Assembly (NCBI GenBank): GCA_951406725.2
Contig: OX597818.1
Location: 50,778,001 to 50,842,000 of the forward strand
DNA: 64,000 bases
Direction of reading: 5' to 3'
Source of the DNA: Octopus vulgaris
Taxonomy: Eukaryota
The notes beneath the pieces were generated by a model. It was given only the letters and a program-made list of their open reading frames with translations, was not told the origin of the DNA and searched no databases. The stretch's first letter is position 1. Every line of letters begins with the position of its first letter. This document shows, in pieces, positions 25,991 to 39,960 of this stretch. Position numbers and translations under genes: made by a program.

Positions 25991-26598
25991 TTGAGAAACA
26001 CACGGTATAGGTGGAGAGTGGTTGACTGAAATGTATGCATGTATGCTCTATGTATACATGTATGCATGTGTGTATGTATGTATCTATCTATCTATCTATG
26101 AATTTTCTTGGAATTAAATTTAAGTTCTTTTTGAGGGAGTTCAAGCCGGTTCCTAACAAAGCAGCAAGACTTTTCGAGTTAAGAGAGTTCCAGGTGTTTC
26201 TAAATACGTGGTTGAGTTGGTGTGTTGGTTGAGCTGTCGATGCACCCATCCGAGTGTGTGCATCTATTTGCATAAAAATCTCGCGTGGAGAATGAATGTA
26301 TGAATGAATCTATGTATGTATGTATGTATGTATGTATACAGTTGTTTTTCGGTTTATATGGCAGATATGAGGAGCGAGCCACCGTATAAATCGATTCGGG
26401 TATTGTGGATGATATACACGAAAAACGTAAACATACATATAACCATATTCGTATGCAAGCCTCTGTGTCTGTGTCATTGTTTATATTTACATATAGCAAA
26501 ATAACTGATAATAGCTTTATGTAACAATCGTTTAGTGCATTACAGCATAATGATAATATTGTAAGTCTACCTCATGCATGTTTTGAGTCTGCATATAC

Positions 26599-26830
26599 CT
26601 ATTTCTTTACTACCCACAAGGGGCTAAACATTGAGGGGACAAACAAGGACAGACAAACGGATTAAGTCGATTATATCGACCCCAGTGCGTAACTGGTATT
26701 TATTTAATCGACCCCGAAAGGATGAAAGGCAAAGTCGACCTCGGCGGAATTTGAACTCAGAACGTAGCGGCAGGCGAAATACCGCTAAGCATTTCGCCCG
26801 GCGTGTTAATGTTTCTGCCAGCTCGCCGCC
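26599..26830 (-). mobile_element. Nin/Deu SINE monomer
   Basis: 16-bp TSD TTGAGTCTGCATATAC at 26583-26598 and 26831-26846. Confidence 0.93.
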
Positions 26831-27967
26831 TTGAGTCTGCATATACGGCTCTTGATACAAGAGTTCTTTTTAATATTTACTACCAAAATAGACTAGGCTC
26901 ATCGGTACCAAATATTTGTTTTTAAGAGTAGAAGACTTATTTTAGTTATTTGTAAGAAAAAATGTTTGACATTCTTCTTAATGCTTAATCTACCTCACCA
27001 AGCAAAATGATGTGTGGAGTGTTTAAAATATTTCAAACCAATCTTTATCATTTGAAAGCCCAGGCTGCTGTTGATTAAATGTTTTGTTTGTAAGGTTGAA
27101 TTTATAAAAAAAAATTCTATAGGTTTCTTGTAGAGCAAAGCTGTCCATATGCAATCCTTTTTAGGTTTTATCATCCATTCAAAATAATAGTTTCTTCAGT
27201 CTTTCCATATTGATACTACGAATGTAAGTTAGAAGTTATGGAAGATCCTGTAATTATTCTACTCAAGTTTTTCTTTGTTTCATTAAATTACAGCTGATTC
27301 GTTTATATCAAATTATATTAAACTGTTTTGCAGTTTCTGTAGAATTATTTGAAGTGGGTTTAAAATTTCAATTTTCATTTTTAGAGAAATTGACTTCAAA
27401 GTCACTTTTTAATTCAATATTTTCAACGCCGTCATTCAATTGTAAACAATATTAAACAAAGAATAAAAGAATAACTTAACTGTTTCTATAGCGTGCCATT
27501 AACATTCGATATAGTAAAAGTGAAATAAACGTAAAATGAGAGAAAAATCGATGGGAAATAGAAAAAACCAAACCGGAAATGAAGAGATGACGAAACGATA
27601 TTTGTAAAGGATATACGTAAAGTCAAGAGTATTTCATCACAACGAAAACCGTGCTAAAGTGAAACTGCAAACGGAATATTGCATAAACAGACGGGAAACT
27701 CTCTGTCTGTGTGTGTGTGTCTATATATGTAAATATATTATATTATATTATACGTGTGGGCGCGCGCAATATGTGTGTCTATGGATAGATAAATGTTTAC
27801 ACAAATGGATAAATAGTGCTAGCTCAAAATAGTGGGTAGGAGCGATGTGATTGTCTAATTGACAGAAGGCGTTGCCTTTATGTGGCAGTTGTCCAATGAA
27901 TCAAACAAACAGATGACAGATAAATAATATGTATAAAATTATACATTGATACACTCATATACATATA

Positions 27968-28242
27968 TTTGTTTGTTCCCTCTCGAGCCACGCCTGGCTT
28001 ATAGGTTCCTCACCTGGACGGGACGTCGGTCTGACGCAGGTGAGTTGGAAGATGCAGGAGGAAAGTGTGAGAGAAAGTCGTAGCAAAAGAGTCAGCAGAA
28101 GTTCGCTATTACCTTCTGTCGGAGCCGCGTGGTGCTTAGGTATTTTCGCTCATAAACACACACATCGCCCGGTCTGAGATTCGAACCCGCGATCCCTCGA
28201 CCGCGAGTCCGCTGCTCTAACCACTAGGCCATGCGCCTCCAC
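27968..28242 (-). mobile_element. OR-like SINE subfamily 2, tail type a
   Basis: tRNA-like head GGAGGCGCATGGCCTAGTGG..GGGTTCGAATCTC. Confidence 0.88.
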
Positions 28243-28335
28243 CATATATATATACATACATACATATAATCACACAACTCACAGACACACACACACTTGA
28301 ATGTGAGTGTGTTTGTGTGTATGTGTGTGTGTGTG

Positions 28336-28390
<55 letters not shown>

Positions 28391-28940
28391 AGTGAGAGAG
28401 ATAAAAGGAGAGTTAGATAGACGGACAGATAGAGAAAGAGTGAGAGAGATAGCAAATCACTTTTATTTCGAAGTATTTTTTAAATTTCATTTGGTTTCCC
28501 TTTCATATCGCCTCCTGTGTTTACCACCACCACATTCAAAATGTTAACATCATGTTTTGAAATATTTCTTCAGGCAAAAGCCGAAAAAGATTTTTTATGT
28601 TACCCAATGGACTATTTTGTTGAATGAACTGACTAAGATTACGAGTACATTAATGGCTATATCTGAAGAGTTTCTGATGTATTTGTGTGTCTGTCTGGAT
28701 GTATTAATTCTATGCACATTCACATAGAAAATATATTTGAATAACATCTCCCCTGCCCTAAGGCGCAGCAGTGATTAAAAACTAATAAACATTCATACAT
28801 GGTTCTGGGGAAAAAAATTATGTAAGCTAACTATTACCGCCCACATTTTTTAAATCTATCTTCTATAGATATTATACGCCTTCATGTATGAGATATAAAA
28901 GTGGATCCTTCAAATCTCCATGGTGCTACTTAATAGAAAA

Positions 28941-29250
28941 GTGGAGACAACATGGTCTAGTGGTTAGAGCAGCGGACTCGCGATCTAGGGATTGCGAGTT
29001 CGAATCTCAGACCGGGTGATGTGTGAGTTTATGTGCGAAACACCTAAACTACACACTGCTCCGGCAGAAGGTAATGGCGAACTTCTGCTGACTCTTTTGC
29101 TACGACTTTCTCTCACTCTTTCCTCCTGCATCTAGTAGCTCTCCTGCGACGGACCGGCGTCCCGTCCAAGTGGGGAACCTATACGCCAATGAAATCGAGA
29201 AACCGGCTCTTATGAGCCAGGCATGGCTCGAGAAGGCACAAACAACAACA
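28941..29250 (+). mobile_element. OR-like SINE subfamily 2, tail type a
   Basis: Inverse copy of 27968-28242 with an (AAC)n end. Confidence 0.88.
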
Positions 29251-29964
29251 CTAAATACAAGACAGTCTGGGAGTGCTTCCCACAACAGATTTATATGATT
29301 TCCTATAGTTTTATTGATATTAAGCAACAGCGTTGTACTTTTAACTTAGTGGCATACTTTCAGAGATATTCCATATGCATACCGTTAGATGTATTATATG
29401 CAACTTTACTTGCACATAAATGTAATTGCTCTTTTTATCCATAGATGTATCCACACGTATATGCATAAAAATACATGAAATTCAGAAACTCTCCTGCCTA
29501 TTTCCGCTTCTGTTGTTATTTTACAAAATTATATAGTTCTAGCTCCAGCGGTAATTGCTACAATTGTTCCTGGAGATTGCATTTTCCGAGCTCTTATTGT
29601 TGTTGCGAAAAGTACTTTTTCTTGTTTTGCCTTATTGATTAAATAAAGCATTATTGTATATGAAAACTAGCTCACAACACTTTATTAATAATTTTTATAC
29701 CCTATACTTAAATGGTCCGGCATTAGCATTTTCATTGTGAATTCACACATTCCTTTGATTGCTCACTAAGAAGCTAACTTCTTTTCTCAAAATGTCTGCT
29801 ATACATTGAGACACATAGTTTTACTCTACACCTCTCGGCTAATTTCACATGTTTTATTTATTGTTGAATCAAGCGAGTCAAATTTTCGTATCAACAAGCA
29901 TAAGAGAATCTTGCCTTCGTGTCGACAAAATATATTCTCTCTTCAATCATTATTCTTTCTTTTA

Positions 29965-30171
29965 TTCATTTACTTGTTTCAGTCATTTGACAGAGGCCAT
30001 GCTGGAGCACCGCCTTTAGTCGAGCTAATCGACCCCAGAACTTAGTCTTTGTAAGCCTAGTACTTATTCTGTCGGTCTCTTTAGCCGAACTGCTAAGTTA
30101 CGGGGACGTAAACACACCAGCATCGGTTGTCAAGCGATGTTGGGGGGACAAACACAGACACACAAACATAT

Positions 30172-30233
<62 letters not shown>

Positions 30234-30399
30234 GTATATACAACCAGGCTTCTTTCAGTTTCCGTCCACCAAATCCACTCACAAGGCTTTGGTCGACACG
30301 ACGCTGCAGTAGAAGACACTTGCCCAAGGTGCCACGCAGTGGGACTGAACCCAGAATCATGTGGTTGGTAAGCAACCTACTTACCACACAGTCACTCCT
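29965..30399 (-). mobile_element. CORE-type SINE
   Basis: Family match. Confidence 0.9.
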
Positions 30400-30594
30400 A
30401 GTAAAATATTCTCAAGTTCTAAACGACTGATTGATCATTCTTTGCCTTAGCTTACACCAGAAATCAGGATCCTCAACTGAAAGAGTGCAATGTTCGAGTG
30501 AGTAAAATATAACACAGCTAATTAATGGCCAAATAGTTATTGTTAGTGTCCAGCTGTGATCGAACAGACCAATGATCAAATACATTGCATCCAT

Positions 30595-31005
30595 TGTGTG
30601 GTAAGAAGCTTGCTTCCCAACCACATGGTTCCGGGTTCAGTCCCACTGTGTGGCACCTTGGGCAAGTGTCTTCTACTATAGCCTCAGGCCGACCAAAGCC
30701 TTGTGAGTGGATTTGGTAGACGGAAACTGAAAGAAGCCCGTTGTATGCATATGTATATGTGTGTGTGTGTATGTATGTATGTATGTATGTATGTATGTAT
30801 GTATGTGTTTGTCCTCCCACCATCGCTTGACAGCCGATGCTGGCGTGTCTACGTCCCCGTAACTTAGCGGTTCGGCAAAAAGTGTCCGATAGAATAAGTA
30901 CTAGGCTTACAAAGAATAAGTCCTGGGGTCGATTTTATTTGACTAAAAGTGGTGCTCCAGCATGACCGCAGTCAAATGACTGAAACAAGTAGAAGAGAAA
31001 GGAGT
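30595..31005 (+). mobile_element. CORE-type SINE
   Basis: Family match. Confidence 0.9.
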
Positions 31006-31044
31006 ATTACTATGATTACTTTTTATCGTGTAATATTGTTTTAG

Positions 31045-31890
<846 letters not shown>

Positions 31891-32454
31891 CGGCCACTTG
31901 CTTTTTCTTCAGAACTTTTCACCTAAGCCGTTGGGGAATGAGTGCGAATATTTAATGAGGAAAATATCCACGATGAGATGAAAGTGAATGTTTATCACTT
32001 GTTTGCTTAATAACTGCCATTGATTATTTGTTCTGCAGATCATTGTGTTATGAGGGAGACCTACTTTATCGTGTTATTGTAGTCTGAATAAATCCATAAG
32101 ATATATTAAGCCACTGTCGAATTCTTGCACCAGCAACAACAACAAAAATACAGCTAAACGAGAATCAAACGTTAAATGCATCGAGATTCACGATTTCGAT
32201 GTTTCAATTTAATTTATGCTAAGAGAAAAGTTCTGAAGAAAAAGCAAATGGCCGCAACTGTGACTGTGTGGATTATTTTGCTTCTCATACACGTCGATCC
32301 TGGTTCGATTCCATTGCGTGTCACCGTGAGCATGAGTCATACACGTTTTATTCATAAAAGTAGTATTGTGTAGTCTTTAACTCATTGCGAATCATTTGGT
32401 TCTTTTACATAGCTTTGTTATAGTATTGCTTCCTATACTCTTATATTAGTTTCA

Positions 32455-32658
32455 CATTTTGGCACAAGGCTAGCAATTTCGGGGAGGGATAAGGTGATTA
32501 CATCGACCCCAGGGTTCAACTTGTACTTATTTTATCGACCCCGAAAGAATGAAAGGCAAAGTCGACCTCAGTGGTATTTGAACACAAAACGTAAGGACGG
32601 ACGAAATGTTGCTAAGCATCTCGCCCGGCGTGCTAACGATTCTGGCTGCTCACCGCCC
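32455..32658 (-). mobile_element. Nin/Deu SINE, alternative tail
   Basis: Family match. Confidence 0.8.
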
Positions 32659-32689
32659 GTTTTCCTATGCTATTATCTTTCAATCTTTC

Positions 32690-33100
32690 AATCTTTACTT
32701 GCTTCAGTCATTTGACTGTGGTCATGCTGGAGCACCGCCTTTAGTCGAGCAAATCGACCCCATGACTTATTCTTTGTAAGCCTAGTACTTATTTTATCGG
32801 TCTCTTTTGCTGAAACGCTAAGTTACGAGGACGTTAACACACCAACATCGGTTGTCAAGCGACGGTGGGGGAACAAACATAGACATACAAACATATAAAC
32901 ACACACACACACACACACACACATACATACATATATACGACGGTCTTCTTTCAGTTTCCGTCTACCAAGTCCACTCACAAGGCTTTGGTTGGCCTGAGGC
33001 TATAGTAGAAGACACTTGCCCAAAGTGCCACGCGGTGGGACTGAACCCGGAACCATGTAGTTCGTAAGCAAGCTACTTACCACGCAGCCAATCCTACGCC
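32690..33100 (-). mobile_element. CORE-type SINE
   Basis: Family match. Confidence 0.9.
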
Positions 33101-33745
33101 TATATAGTATCGTTCTGTTATTTGGCATGCTGCTTTCTCAGCCATTGTAGAATACATCAATATGGTGTTTGATCTTCAATATTCATATGGATTAGGTAAT
33201 TTGTCATGATGATTTTTAAGTGTTAGTAAACTGCATTCGATCAAAGATTGCTATTGTTCTTAATGCAATATCGATAGATTAATTCCTTTCCTGTGAAACA
33301 ATAATTGTATCGTTAATTGTATACATTCATAACATTAAGAATATGAAAGGTCAGTACTTCGCCTATCGCTATTATAAGTACAATTCGGGCCAACGAGAAA
33401 AGTTTGTGCACAGACGCTTAGAGTAGCATCGATGTTGTCCTCAGATCACACTGAGATCTGAGAAGGGCAGTATGATCACGAGTGAAACGCTTTCATTCAT
33501 CAGTATTCTCGAGCAGTGTCGACCTGGTGCAAAAAGTATCATGCTTTTGGGATAATTACAAAGGCATTTTCTAAATCGATATTATATCAGTTGCCTACGA
33601 TATAATCAGTTGCCTACGAAAACATGCTTTCAATTGCTGCCAGATTTGAAGTTGAGTTCAGATGAATTGACTTCAAATGTATTGCTATTGTATTTCTTTA
33701 CGTACGAATTTATACACACACACACAAACACACACACACACACAC

Positions 33746-33807
<62 letters not shown>

Positions 33808-35170
33808 CTGTGAACTGTTTGTATATATATATACATATTAGTGTTATGTATACTTGAAGTTTAACATTGCCGTCAAAAATGTGTAAGCAGACAAGCACAA
33901 GTAATTATGAACAGGAAATTACTCGGAGTGCAAAGAGAACCTTTTCCAATAACGCTAAATTGATTATAACAAGTCCTCTAAAGATGAAGGCAATGATAAT
34001 GCAGGAATCAAAATAAAACTAATTTTTTTTTATACGAAGGAGTTACACGTGCTTGAAAAGGAAGCGAGCACCTCAAAGGCATTTACCAGTTTTACAAGAA
34101 ATAACAGCTAAATTCCTTTTAGAGCACACCACACTATCTTCAAAAAGAAGGACACCTAGAATAATGTAGTATTCTTTGATACATGTTCCAGTAAGACGGA
34201 ACAGTCATGGCTTGAATACTTTGTTTATACATCTGCTTGATCAAACTTTTAAGAGACTAAATAATAGCATATAGCACAATATATACATATAGAAATTATG
34301 GCTGTCTTAAGAAATTCTTTTTATTTCAATTTTGGGGGCAATAAACATTAACTGATCTGGAAACAGAAAGTGATGGGGGGTGAAATATAGACTAGCAACA
34401 ACCAGTTATTGTGCTTATAGATTTTATCAGTTCTGACTTTTTCCAAGTATATAATAATGTTTTTATCTCAGCAAAAATTTATAAATAAAATCAAGCCGAA
34501 ATTAAAGTCAGGATAAATTTCTGACAACAAGGGAAGCGACAGCATTCTGTGTCAACAACAATTTATTTATAACAGGATTTAATAATGTTCATTTGATCTT
34601 GATAGTAAAGAACTAAACGCTTTTCTCATATTTTCACTCATCTTCTTTGTTAAACTGAGGGAAGTTGTTACCCCAGAGCAGCTACAAACAAACATACATA
34701 TCAATGGTGTTTTGTCCAAGCCATTATATTTTCTCATATTATCCAACGTGTCATTTCATTTTTTTTTAGAACAGTAAAGGTGTGATTTGAAAGAGAATTT
34801 GCTGCTTTATCAAGCAGGGAGGGTGAAAGCGTAGATGATCTCTAGTTAACTTACATGGAAGGTGGTAAAAAAAATAATGTTGCCGCTTGAGTTTTTTTAT
34901 TTAGTTAAATAGGATATAGGATAAGTTTATGAGAGAAGGGAATCCCTGCCCATACCATTTTCAGTGAGATTTGGTTATTGGTGAGGAAGGGCGGAAGTTA
35001 TGTTCTGAATGGTGATCTGGTCCTTCCTGTGAACTTGCACTCTGTTTTTCCTAAATTCCTCAAAGATTGTCTGTACTCATGGCCAACACACATTGTTAAA
35101 ACATCTTTTGAAAAAAAAATAGGTACTTTCTGAAGACTAAGTAGAGCAAGAGCACACACGAAATAGAAAG

Positions 35171-35215
35171 TGTCGCTGATGAGGTCACAAATGTGTGACG
35201 AAAAATTTCCGAACA
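35171..35215 (+). ncRNA. Candidate minimal type I hammerhead ribozyme
   Basis: TGTCG CTGATGA G GTCACA-AATG-TGTGAC GAAA AATT TC CGAACA: intact core, 6-bp helix II, palindromic helix III, UUC triplet. Confidence 0.6.
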
Positions 35216-36996
35216 ATGGACATGAATTAAGATAATAAAATAAGAACAGTAATAAACAAGTGAAGAAAAATATATAGTATAGTGCGTGTGTTTATTTGGA
35301 AAAAATAATGACCGTCCCGAAATGCAACTGTACCTGTTTCAACACACGACTTCACATCAAGAATCTTGCAACACAAACTCATAAATACAACAGTATTTAA
35401 CATATACACGTTCACATTCGCTGAAACAAGCTAAGAATGAATATGCAAATCATCGTTTCAGTTCTTACTGTTTTATATGCTCCTGGTCACGCATCATGGA
35501 CTTGGCAGAAATCAGCATGCATCAACAAATAATTGGCATACTGAATTCTACAAAGAAGGACCGCAGTTATTGTTTAGTTTCAGATATCCATGCGTAACTT
35601 TGACTGAAGAGGGACAATGAGGTCGAATCATCGGTGTCTGAAGGTCTCCTAAAACGAATGTGTTCTCAATACATATAGTCTGAAGAGTGAATTCGTTCTG
35701 CGAATGCAGTAATGCAATTGCGATGAGCATATTACCGTTCAGATCTGTCGGAACACGAGAAGATCAAATCGAGACGATAGGTTGAGAAAAATTTGAATTC
35801 TTTACCTTGCTGATCGCGTCCTAGCACATAGGGCTTCGCCGGTCAGCTCAAGTAAAATTTAGTGTTGTGTAGTCCCAGATCTATCGTAGTAAAACAGACT
35901 TAGGTGATGGGCGTTCTAATCATAACAATTCCGTAATTTGTAAATCATGAACTGGCTGTTATTATTTTTAAATTCAGAGAACGTGCCTACCAAATTTTTA
36001 ACAAAATTGTTAGTAAAAAGACCATATGTTACTCTCTATCTCCATTCCTCTTCTATTCACTACTCTCCTCTACCTCCTCATCATCATCATAATCAACATC
36101 ATCACCTTCGTCGACGTTATTATCATCCTTTAGCCTTTGTATTTCAGGCAGGTGTTCGTTGAACGGGTCCAATCACGGCCAACCTGAAATAAGTCCAAGG
36201 CGTCACAGTCCAAGGCATATTATTTTATTGGGAGCCACTCCCATCTTGGACAAATGTTCAAACTTTACACTTTAGAATGGTTTCTACGGGTGGAAGCTCT
36301 TCTTATCACCGATCACTTCATAGACCATATTGGATGCATTTTCTCGTAGTATCGACACCAGAGAAATTGTCAAGGTCTGAAAGAACCTCTCAACTTCATT
36401 AGCCCTCTGCTCTCTCGCCAATCACTCTTGAAGGCCTGCTGAGGGTCATTTTGCACAAGATTCATAACTTTGTACACTGTAAGTGTAAAGAGTACTCTCT
36501 ACTCCATGATATGTAAGTTCGCTCACAGTAATTAACCGAAGGTAGAAGGTGCATTAGAAGAGAGCCGTGAGAGAATTTATGTAAATTTATAGATTTCATG
36601 CAAATCAAAATCAAGTAAAATAAAAAATGTTAAACTGTATAAAAACAAAACAAATCTATTATATTTGTAATTACTTTTCTCAATTTGGAATGAGTTTTTC
36701 TTTAGCATATTTCCTTGAGGATAATTTTGCAAAATAATTCACTTTAAAGACAGTAATTATATTTCTATAAATTATCAGGATATTGTTCCGTTAAGGGAGG
36801 AAAGCGTTCGACTGAACTGGTTCAACTGCAGACTGCAGCATGTCTGCAGATTAGGAATAATTGCATTTGGATTATTCCTGATCAAGATCTTTATAGTTAT
36901 TATATTATCATAGCTATTGATACACACACACACACAACACACACACACACACACACCTAACATAAACGCACACACATACATACATACATACATACA

Positions 36997-37020
<24 letters not shown>

Positions 37021-37029
<9 letters not shown>

Positions 37030-37410
37030 TATATGTGTGCAAAAGTGTTGTACACTGAGGGAAAGTCACTAAGTGGTTTTCCATCACGCTAGAAATGGCA
37101 GTTAAATCCCAAACCAGGAAAAAAACTGGCCCTTTGAAATACAGGTACTATTCATTTTTGCCAGCTGAGTGGACTGGAGCAATGTGAAATAAGGTGTCTT
37201 GCTCAAGGACACAACGCATCACCGGGAATTGAACTTACGACCTTACGATCGTGAGCCAATTGCCCTAACCACTAATCGGTTTGAGATTTAACTTCCATTT
37301 CTAGCGTGATGGAAAACCATTTAGTGGCTTTCCCTCAGTGTATAACTCTTATACACACATATAATATAATATATTTGCAGTTTACGGACATTTTTACTCA
37401 CGCTGGCTAC
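37021..37410. mobile_element. Fold-back island (arms ~37040-37114 and ~37277-37360) with a SINE (37120-37275, -) in the loop
   Basis: TACACTGAGGGAAAGTCACTAAGTGGTTTTCCATCACGCTAGAAATGG and its reverse complement. Confidence 0.8.
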
Positions 37411-37415
37411 TAGTA

Positions 37416-37489
<74 letters not shown>

Positions 37490-37497
<8 letters not shown>

Positions 37498-37644
37498 TCT
37501 CTCCTTGTTTTTTCTGTGTCCCTTTCTATAGAAGAGCGTAGGCTCGAAACGTAAAAGACTTTTTCTATTCCTGAGCGTTATCCTAATACATCTGTTTGTT
37601 TTGTACACCACCTGTCTTCGTCTTTTGATTTTTTCGTAAACTCT

Positions 37645-37650
<6 letters not shown>
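37490..37650 (+). mobile_element. PLE pLTR-like fragment in (TA)n with degenerate hammerhead at 37522-37558
   Basis: CTTT CTATAGA A GAGC-GTAG-GCTC GAAAC GTA AAAG. Second copy at 41988-42180. Confidence 0.65.
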
Positions 37651-37684
<34 letters not shown>

Positions 37685-38892
37685 TTAATTAATTAATAAT
37701 CAATAATTTTACCAAGTAGTTCGTATGTTAAAAGGACCATTATCGGTAAAATTATACATAAATTTGTTTTATAATTATGAGTATAATTATAATTAGGGTT
37801 CAGCAAAAATTTGCTGCACCACATACCGAAATTTAGAAATACCAGTTAAAACTATTTCACTACCATAAGAATATATATATATATAGTTGAAATTTACAGA
37901 AAAACAAAAGACGAAGTATAAAGGTGTATAAACAACAATCAGGTGTATTAGTTTGATACTCTGGCGCATAATTGTCAGTATAATGTGTTAACCCTTTAAA
38001 ATTGCGTTTAACCTGTTTTTAACTGTGAAAATCTCAGCAGAATTTATTTCAAGAATTGTTAGCAAATAAAATTAATGAAATTACGAACTTATGTGACGAG
38101 ATAGAAGAAAAGGTGATTAGTTGCAACCCTTTATACTTTGAGAATCAAATCTTGTCGACGTCATCTGTAATAAGATAAACACTGTTCGAGTACTTCAATC
38201 AATAAAATATGACTGAATTTTTTTTTCTCTCGTCGCTCAAATATATGTCAGGCTGATTGTGTGCTAATGTGTATCGCTGATGAGCGAAAAGTCAGGAAAT
38301 TGAATCTATTTACCCGCATCAGTGGTTTGTATAGATAAACATAACGAGAAGAGATCAACATTATTATTGACAAATATACGGAAAACACGCGTTCACCTTT
38401 TGATTAAACAGTTTTCCTTTCACATCTTTGCACTACAGTGTAATTGAATATCAGATTTAAAGTGGATTTTTAATTATGTTTCTTTAATTAGTTATTGAAC
38501 TTTATTCTATTTTATCATATATAAATAACCACAATAAAATATCATTGCTTGTATCACACGCTATATATTTCTTTTCCAATTATACGTTAAATTAAAGCAT
38601 AAAATAAAACTGATTATTTAAAGAAACCAATTATAAAATGATATATTATATTATATTACATTATATTATATTATATTATATTACATTCCTTTCATATTAG
38701 CGCATTGAATTACGAGAACACAGCTGTATATGGATGAGTCACGTAGTATTTTGATGCCTTTTCGCCTCCAATTACCATCTCCAGATACAAATGATAATAT
38801 GAACGCTGATTATCTCGTTATTTGTCTGCCTTTATTTTCCTTTATTTTGTTGCAGAGGTTCGTGCCTAACATTTCGACATATTTTCCTTTAC

Positions 38893-39109
38893 GCTTTTAC
38901 TTGCTTCGGTCATTTGACTGCGGCCATGCTGGAGCACCACCTTTTGTCGAGCAAATCGACCCCGATAGAATAAGTACTTTGTAAGCCTAGTACTTATTCT
39001 ATCCGGCTACTTTGCCGAACCGCTAAGTTACGGGGACGTAAACACACCAGCGATGTGGGGGGACAAACACAGACATACAAACACACACACATAAATATAT
39101 ATATATATG

Positions 39110-39189
<80 letters not shown>

Positions 39190-39351
39190 GACGGCCTTCT
39201 TTCACTTTCCGTCTACGAAATCCACTCACAAGGCTTTGGTCGGCCCGAGGCTATAGTAGGAGACACTTGCCCAAGGTGCCACGCAGTGAGACTGAACCCG
39301 GAACTATGTGGTTGGTGAGCCAACTACTTACCAGACAGCCACTCCTACGCC
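38893..39351 (-). mobile_element. CORE-type SINE
   Basis: Family match. Confidence 0.9.
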
Positions 39352-39580
39352 TATGTCACAAAAGTTGTCTTGTTACTGTTGAGACAATATTTCATTTGAT
39401 TTAAAAGAACTAGAACCAAACATGTGACAAACCTATACTTTTATATAGCAGGGAATGTATTACCCTGTGTGTCTTTCTTTTATTTAACACGGTAAGTTTT
39501 CGTGTAGTCTCTAACAGGTCCAACAACCTACTAGAGACTTACTCATTACCTCGCAATGGCGAAGACTGTTTTATAATCAA

Positions 39581-39960
39581 CTAGCAGTATCACCCGGCGT
39601 TGCTCGGGTTTGTAAGGGAAATAACTATAAAGCATTTTTAGAGAGTTATAGCTAAAAAAATAGCAAAAAAATGGAAGAAAAATGATGGTAAATTTTTTTG
39701 AGAGTTAAAAAGGTCGAGTTGCGTCCCCTAGATAGTCTGTGGTTTGTGTTTCTGATTCTCGACCCCATGTCGAATTTATCGATTTTTTTCAGAACTGGGG
39801 GAACTTTTCAAAATTTTCGCTGCGTTAGTTTTGAATTATGGCATTGGGCTATGTGTGTGTCAAGTTTCATGAGAATCGGTTGAAAGCCGTGGTCAGGGTG
39901 AGGGTACAGCCTAACAGACTCACAGACACGCAGACAGACAAACTGCCGTTTATATAGAGA
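39581..39960 (-). mobile_element. Non-autonomous Helitron
   Basis: A|TC 5' end, subterminal hairpin CCCGAGCAACGCCGGG, CTAG|T 3' end, no TSD. Confidence 0.85.

Noticed and set aside
33440-33510. Hairpin CTCAGATC..GATCTGAG and a nearby minus-strand CTGATGA
   Set aside because: No GAAA/NUH in the right place, and a short stem is expected by chance.
38277-38305. CTGATGAGCGAAAAGTC hammerhead-like string
   Set aside because: There is no room for helix II and no helix I pairing.
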